This document shows positions 59,583 to 64,000 of a stretch of 64,000 nt of DNA, one piece after another. The notes under the pieces are model-generated. The model ran no database searches. It was not told where the DNA came from and saw only the letters and a list, made by a program, of their open reading frames with translations. Position numbers and translations under genes: made by a program. The stretch is from Vicinamibacterales bacterium. Its GTDB lineage: Bacteria; Acidobacteriota; Vicinamibacteria; Vicinamibacterales; 2-12-FULL-66-21. The stretch spans positions 18,237-82,236 of the forward strand of contig JBMDXB010000082.1 in NCBI GenBank assembly GCA_048594885.1, in the 5' to 3' direction. Numbering within the stretch: position 1 is the first letter of the stretch; each line of letters opens with the position of its first letter.

Positions 59583-60599
59583 ATGCGGCAGGCTGTGATC
59601 CCTCGGCATGGACCGCCGGACGTGTTCGAGATCCGCGAGCGGCCGGATCCCGTTCCGGGCGACGGCGAGCTGCGCGTGCGCGTGCGCGCGATCGGCGTCA
59701 ACTTCGCCGACGTTCTCGCGCGGCTCGGGCTGTACCCGGACGCGCCGCGGCCGCCCGTCGTCGTCGGCTACGAAGTCGCCGGCCACGTCGATGCGACGGG
59801 AGACGGCGTCACCGGCTTCAGCGCCGGTGATCGCGTCGTCGCGCTGACGCAGTTCGGCGGCTACTCCGACAGTGTCGTCGTTCCCAGCCGGCAGGCGTTT
59901 CACTTCCCGGAGAATCTCAGCGACGCGGAAGCGGCGGCCGTGCCGATCAACTACCTGACGGCCGCGATCGCGCTCTACAAGATGGCGGCGCTGGCGCCCG
60001 GCGAGACCGTGCTCGTGCACAACGCGGGCGGCGGCGTCGGCATCGCCGCGACGCAGCTCGCGCGGCTGCGGCGCGCCACCGTCATCGGCACCGCGTCGAC
60101 GCACAAGCACGCCGCGCTGCGGTCGTTCGGCATCGAGCATCCGATCGACTATCGCCACGCGAACGTGGCGGAGGAAGTCCGCAAGCTGACGCGCGGCCGC
60201 GGCGTCGACGTCGTGCTCGATCCGATTGGCGGCACCAGCTTCATCACGAGCTACCGGCTGCTCGCGCCGCTGGGGCGCCTCGTGATCTTCGGCCTCTCCG
60301 ACGCCGCACCCGGCGAGCGCTACAACGCGTGGCGCGCGTTCCGCGCCTGGTGGTCCACGCCTCGCTTCGACCCGATGTCGCTCATCAACCGCAACCGCGG
60401 CGTGTTCGGCCTGCACATCGGCCACCTGTGGAGCGAACGCGCGCAGCTCGTGCCGCTCATGGAGATGCTGATCGCCGAACTCCGCGCCGCCCGCCTCAAG
60501 CCCGTCGTCGCACGGACCTTCCCCCTCGACCGAACAGCCGATGCCCACCGGTTCATCCAATCACGCCAGAATATTGGTAAGGTCGTTTTGACGACATAG
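59583..60599 (+). CDS. MDR-family NADPH:quinone oxidoreductase-like protein (VAT-1-like)
   Basis: GVNFAD, GYEVAG, AGGGVG and NIGKVVL motifs. Confidence 0.9.
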   Translation: MRQAVIPRHGPPDVFEIRERPDPVPGDGELRVRVRAIGVNFADVLARLGLYPDAPRPPVVVGYEVAGHVDATGDGVTGFSAGDRVVALTQFGGYSDSVVVPSRQAFHFPENLSDAEAAAVPINYLTAAIALYKMAALAPGETVLVHNAGGGVGIAATQLARLRRATVIGTASTHKHAALRSFGIEHPIDYRHANVAEEVRKLTRGRGVDVVLDPIGGTSFITSYRLLAPLGRLVIFGLSDAAPGERYNAWRAFRAWWSTPRFDPMSLINRNRGVFGLHIGHLWSERAQLVPLMEMLIAELRAARLKPVVARTFPLDRTADAHRFIQSRQNIGKVVLTT

Positions 60600-60734
60600 A
60601 TCGATTTCGGATTGCCGATCGTCGAGTGCGGATTGACGGGATTGGCGATTGGGGATTGGGATTGAGGGATTGGGGATTGGATTGACGGTTGACGATTGGG
60701 GATTGGATTGACGATTGACGATTGGCGATTGGCG
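60597..60734 (+). repeat. Left arm of a GATTG-based heptamer array (terminal inverted repeat)
   Basis: 60597-60664 matches the reverse complement of 62628-62695 at 66 of 68 positions. Confidence 0.95.
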
Positions 60735-60771
60735 TAGATGCGGTCTCAATCACACGATCGGCGCACGGTTC

Positions 60772-62517
60772 ATGCCTGCCTTGGCATGCCTGGTGTTGGC
60801 AGGCTCCTTACTCCGCGCGGCGCCGCTACGGAACGAGACGCCTCTCACGACGGCTCCGGCCGGACCGTTAACCGTCGTACTGGCACATCGCGACAGCCCG
60901 TACCGTTCACTCGCTCAACAGATTGCCGCGCTCGAGTCCATTCCTGTTGTGGAGTCGCTCACTGAGGCGCTCACACTGGAGCCTGCCTTTCTCCTGTGGG
61001 TGGTTGCACCAACGGAGCTGTCCGACGTAGCCGTCACGGCCTTCAACCGCACGCTCGAACGGGCGTCACCACGTCCTGCGGCAGGGCTCATCACGGCATC
61101 GACGGTCGCTCGCGCCCGCGGTCTCTATGAACGCGCGCGCGTAGCCAGGGGCGACCGGACCGCGACGGTGCTCGGGGAGGACGTCTTCACTGCGGCTGCA
61201 CTCGTCGTGGAGACGACAGCCGACCGCCGACAATCGCGCCCGCTCGCCCGGACAGCAGACATCCTGGGGTTTCTCACGAACGTCGATTACGTCCATTACT
61301 CCGGCCACGGCGGCAACGGCTACTGGCGACCTGTCCCGAACGAGCGATTCGCCGCTCACGATGTGCCGCGCCTAGGGCCGGTCATCGTCAGCACCATGGC
61401 CTGCCAGACGACACGCATGTGGGAAGGCGGTTCGATCGCGCTACGAATGGTCGACGAAGGAGCCGCCGCGTATTCAGGCTTCTATTACAGTCCAATGGCC
61501 GGGTTCCAGATAGGCGAGGAGGACGGGCCGTTCCGCTACAGTTGGCCGCAGGTCCCAATCGGGTACGTCATTGAGGCGATGAACGTCGGGGCTGGGAAAG
61601 GCTACGCGAGGACTCCATTTCATCTGCTCCTCGGAGATCCGCGTATCGCCCTCCGGGAGCAGCCCCCCTGCCGCTTGCTGGACCACGGCGAGTCGGACGG
61701 CGTGCGGCGGGTCTCATGTTCGGATGCACCTGCAGGACTGGTCCCTCTCCGCATTTGGGGAGGAGCCCGGTACGCCTTCGTCGAGATTCCGGGCGTTACG
61801 GCCGTGTGGCGCCAGGAACCGTTCTACAACCGGCGCGTGCAGATGGCGCCGATTGGCGAAGATCTCATCGTCCTCGTGGCCCATCGTGGCGGTGACGTGC
61901 GGATGGCGTTACGGCGCCGCCCACCGCTTGCCTGGCTTGCCGTGGATCCACTGCGAGATGCCCTCGATGATCTCTTGGTCAGCAAGGCTGACCGGCGGCA
62001 CGGCGGGGATGCAATCGCGCTCTTCCTGGCCGCGGTGGCGGCGACAGGCACGGTCCTGCGCGTCAGGCGGAAGCAATTGGGGCGGGCCCATATGGCCGCC
62101 GCCGGCGCACTCGGCGTCGTCGCGGGCCTCCTGCATGCCGCGTACGCGCTCGCGCGGCAGCCGGACGTCGTCGTCGTGGCAAAGGACTTGGTCTTCAGCC
62201 CGCTCGCCGCGGTAGGAACGGGCGTGCTGGCCGCCTGCGGGGCGCTGCTGTTTCAGGCCGCTGCATCGTGGCGCGGACGTCTCCTCGGACTCGTGACCGC
62301 GACATCGGTCGGCTGGATCGGAGGGCTCATCGCCGTGGTCATGGTAAGCATGACGAACAGCGTCATCGCCGCGAGAACGGGCATCGGCGTATGGATCTAC
62401 AGAGCCGACCTCCACCCCTTCATTCTCTCCGCTCTTGGATGCGGCCTCTACGCCCTCGTATTCCTCGCGGCAGCGCGACTGACGGGAAAGGCGCCTATCG
62501 ACTGCAGCGGTCGATAA
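60772..62517 (+). CDS. Putative clan CD (gingipain/C25-like) cysteine peptidase with C-terminal multi-TM domain
   Basis: Signal peptide; YSGHGG (His), TMACQT (Cys) and LLLGDP; ~5 hydrophobic C-terminal helices. Confidence 0.68.
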   Translation: MPALACLVLAGSLLRAAPLRNETPLTTAPAGPLTVVLAHRDSPYRSLAQQIAALESIPVVESLTEALTLEPAFLLWVVAPTELSDVAVTAFNRTLERASPRPAAGLITASTVARARGLYERARVARGDRTATVLGEDVFTAAALVVETTADRRQSRPLARTADILGFLTNVDYVHYSGHGGNGYWRPVPNERFAAHDVPRLGPVIVSTMACQTTRMWEGGSIALRMVDEGAAAYSGFYYSPMAGFQIGEEDGPFRYSWPQVPIGYVIEAMNVGAGKGYARTPFHLLLGDPRIALREQPPCRLLDHGESDGVRRVSCSDAPAGLVPLRIWGGARYAFVEIPGVTAVWRQEPFYNRRVQMAPIGEDLIVLVAHRGGDVRMALRRRPPLAWLAVDPLRDALDDLLVSKADRRHGGDAIALFLAAVAATGTVLRVRRKQLGRAHMAAAGALGVVAGLLHAAYALARQPDVVVVAKDLVFSPLAAVGTGVLAACGALLFQAAASWRGRLLGLVTATSVGWIGGLIAVVMVSMTNSVIAARTGIGVWIYRADLHPFILSALGCGLYALVFLAAARLTGKAPIDCSGR

Positions 62518-62524
62518 TCTGAGA

Positions 62525-62695
62525 TCGCCAATCGCCAATCGCCAATCGTCAATCCCAATCGCCAATCCCAATCGCCAATCGTCAATCCAATCGCCAATCG
62601 TCAATCATCATTCCAATCAGCAATCGCCAATCCCAATCCCCAATCGCCAATCCCGTCAATCCGCAATCGACGATCGGCAATCCGCAATCGATCTA
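62525..62695 (-). repeat. Right arm of the heptamer array (CAATCGC/CAATCCC/CAATCGT)
   Basis: Inverted relative to 60597-60734; ends on the TAG of the S9 gene. Confidence 0.95.
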
Positions 62696-64000
62696 GCTCG
62701 TAATCTTCGCCCCCCCTGCCCCGAGGAACTTGGCGAGAAACTTCTCCATGCGGTCCAGGGTGTAGATCCAGCGGCTGTGGAGCATCGACTCGTGGGTGTC
62801 GTCCGGAAACACGATCAACTCGTGATAGACGTCCCGCGCGCGGAGCAGTTGCACCAGGCCCGTCGTCTGCTGGAACGCGACGTTGCGGTCGTCGTCTCCG
62901 TGCACGAGCAGGACGGGCGACTTCCAGCCGTCGACGGCGCCGATGACCGACGATTTGTATGACGTCGCCTCCGGATCGAGCGAGCTGCCCCACAGGTGCA
63001 CGCCGGCGAGATCGACGCCGGCCTTGAAGATGTCCGAGTTGCGCGCGAGCGCCTGTGCGGTGAGCACGCCGCCGTACGACAGGCCCCAGATGCCGACGCG
63101 GTTCGGATCGACGTCCGGCCGCGACTGCAGGTACTTCCCGCCGGCGACGACGTCCTGGTATTCGGCGTTGCCGCTGCCGCCGGTGTTCGGCGCGTTGCGG
63201 AACGAGCGGCCGTAGCCGACGCCGCTGCGGAAGTTCACCGACAGCACGACGTAGCCCTGGCTCGCCAGCCATTGATTGATGCCGTACGCCCAATGATAGA
63301 AGTGCATGTAGTGATACCCGAGCAGCATCTGCCGCACGGGACCGCCGTGCACGAACACGATCGCCGGCCGCCGCTCGCCAGGCTTGATGTTCTTCGGCAG
63401 GAAGAGCTGGTTGTGGATCTCGAGGCCGTCGGCCGCTTTCGTGATCACCAGCTCCGGATCGACGTGCAGGTCCGCCGGGAATCCCTTCATCGTCGCCGGG
63501 AAGATCACCTTCTGCGCGCCCGCGACCGGCGCGACGCCATGTTGCGCGCCGCGTACGGGCTTCAACGAAGCGGATCCTGACGACAGCGGCCACAGCCCAA
63601 TCGATTGCGGCAGCCTCCAGTCAGCGCTCAGCGTCGCGAGCAGCTTGCCGGACGCGAGCGGCGTCGGATAGGTTTCGATGCCGCGGCCGGTCGTCACCTG
63701 CGCCGGCGTGCCGCCGGAGACCGCGACCGCCCAGATGTGCCGCCGCTCGATATCCTGCGCGTTCGTGCAGTAGTACAGCGTCCTGCCATCGGGTGAGATC
63801 GAGACATCCGTCTGCGCCTCGATCATTCCGTTCGTCGTCGTCAGCAGCACGGGCCGCGACGACGGTGAGGAGATGTCGAGCGAATAGTACCGTTCCCACT
63901 CGTCGGGCGGCGCGGACGGCGTTTCGGTCTGCGCGCCGCGGCCGCCACGCCCGCCGAAGCCGACGTTGAACGGGAAGATGACGAAATTGCCGGTGAGCCG
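62693..64000 (-). CDS. S9 prolyl oligopeptidase family protein (5' part outside the window)
   Basis: VHGGP, GLSYGG, HGDDDRNV and DTHE triad motifs; frame open to the window end. Confidence 0.92.
   Translation of the reverse strand, partial: RLTGNFVIFPFNVGFGGRGGRGAQTETPSAPPDEWERYYSLDISSPSSRPVLLTTTNGMIEAQTDVSISPDGRTLYYCTNAQDIERRHIWAVAVSGGTPAQVTTGRGIETYPTPLASGKLLATLSADWRLPQSIGLWPLSSGSASLKPVRGAQHGVAPVAGAQKVIFPATMKGFPADLHVDPELVITKAADGLEIHNQLFLPKNIKPGERRPAIVFVHGGPVRQMLLGYHYMHFYHWAYGINQWLASQGYVVLSVNFRSGVGYGRSFRNAPNTGGSGNAEYQDVVAGGKYLQSRPDVDPNRVGIWGLSYGGVLTAQALARNSDIFKAGVDLAGVHLWGSSLDPEATSYKSSVIGAVDGWKSPVLLVHGDDDRNVAFQQTTGLVQLLRARDVYHELIVFPDDTHESMLHSRWIYTLDRMEKFLAKFLGAGGAKITS

Noticed and set aside
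60553-60753. Small ORFs rich in IANRQS/QSPI
   Set aside because: They are translations of the heptamer array with no independent coding evidence.

Overview
High-GC bacterial chromosomal window. Gene content (ADOP-type duplicated ABC permease, VWFA-related proteins, DUF1800/DUF1501, TPR Ser/Thr kinase) suggests Acidobacteriota, probably Vicinamibacteria-like (inference). It carries a putative methylated-amine catabolic cluster (APC permease, Rieske oxygenase, GcvT-like protein, two CrtI-like FAD oxidoreductases), a lone BMC-H shell gene, a TetR-MFP-RND efflux operon whose RND permease is fused in frame to a TolC-like protein through an internal signal-peptide-like linker, several peptidases and a complete divergent arginine biosynthesis locus with a motif-degenerate ArgG. 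The most striking signal is non-coding. There are two RAYT transposase genes (one frameshifted), three REP families, and several families of 7-9 bp tandem-unit arrays at gene boundaries. Two arrays form long inverted arms that bracket a single gene as a cassette: a four-helix-bundle gene (18267-18726) and a gingipain/C25-like membrane protease (60597-62695). Other arrays appear as empty hairpins or one-armed remnants. Together they suggest a little-described class of microsatellite-armed gene cassettes. No rRNA, tRNA or CRISPR array was found. All functional calls come from motif recognition, not database searches.
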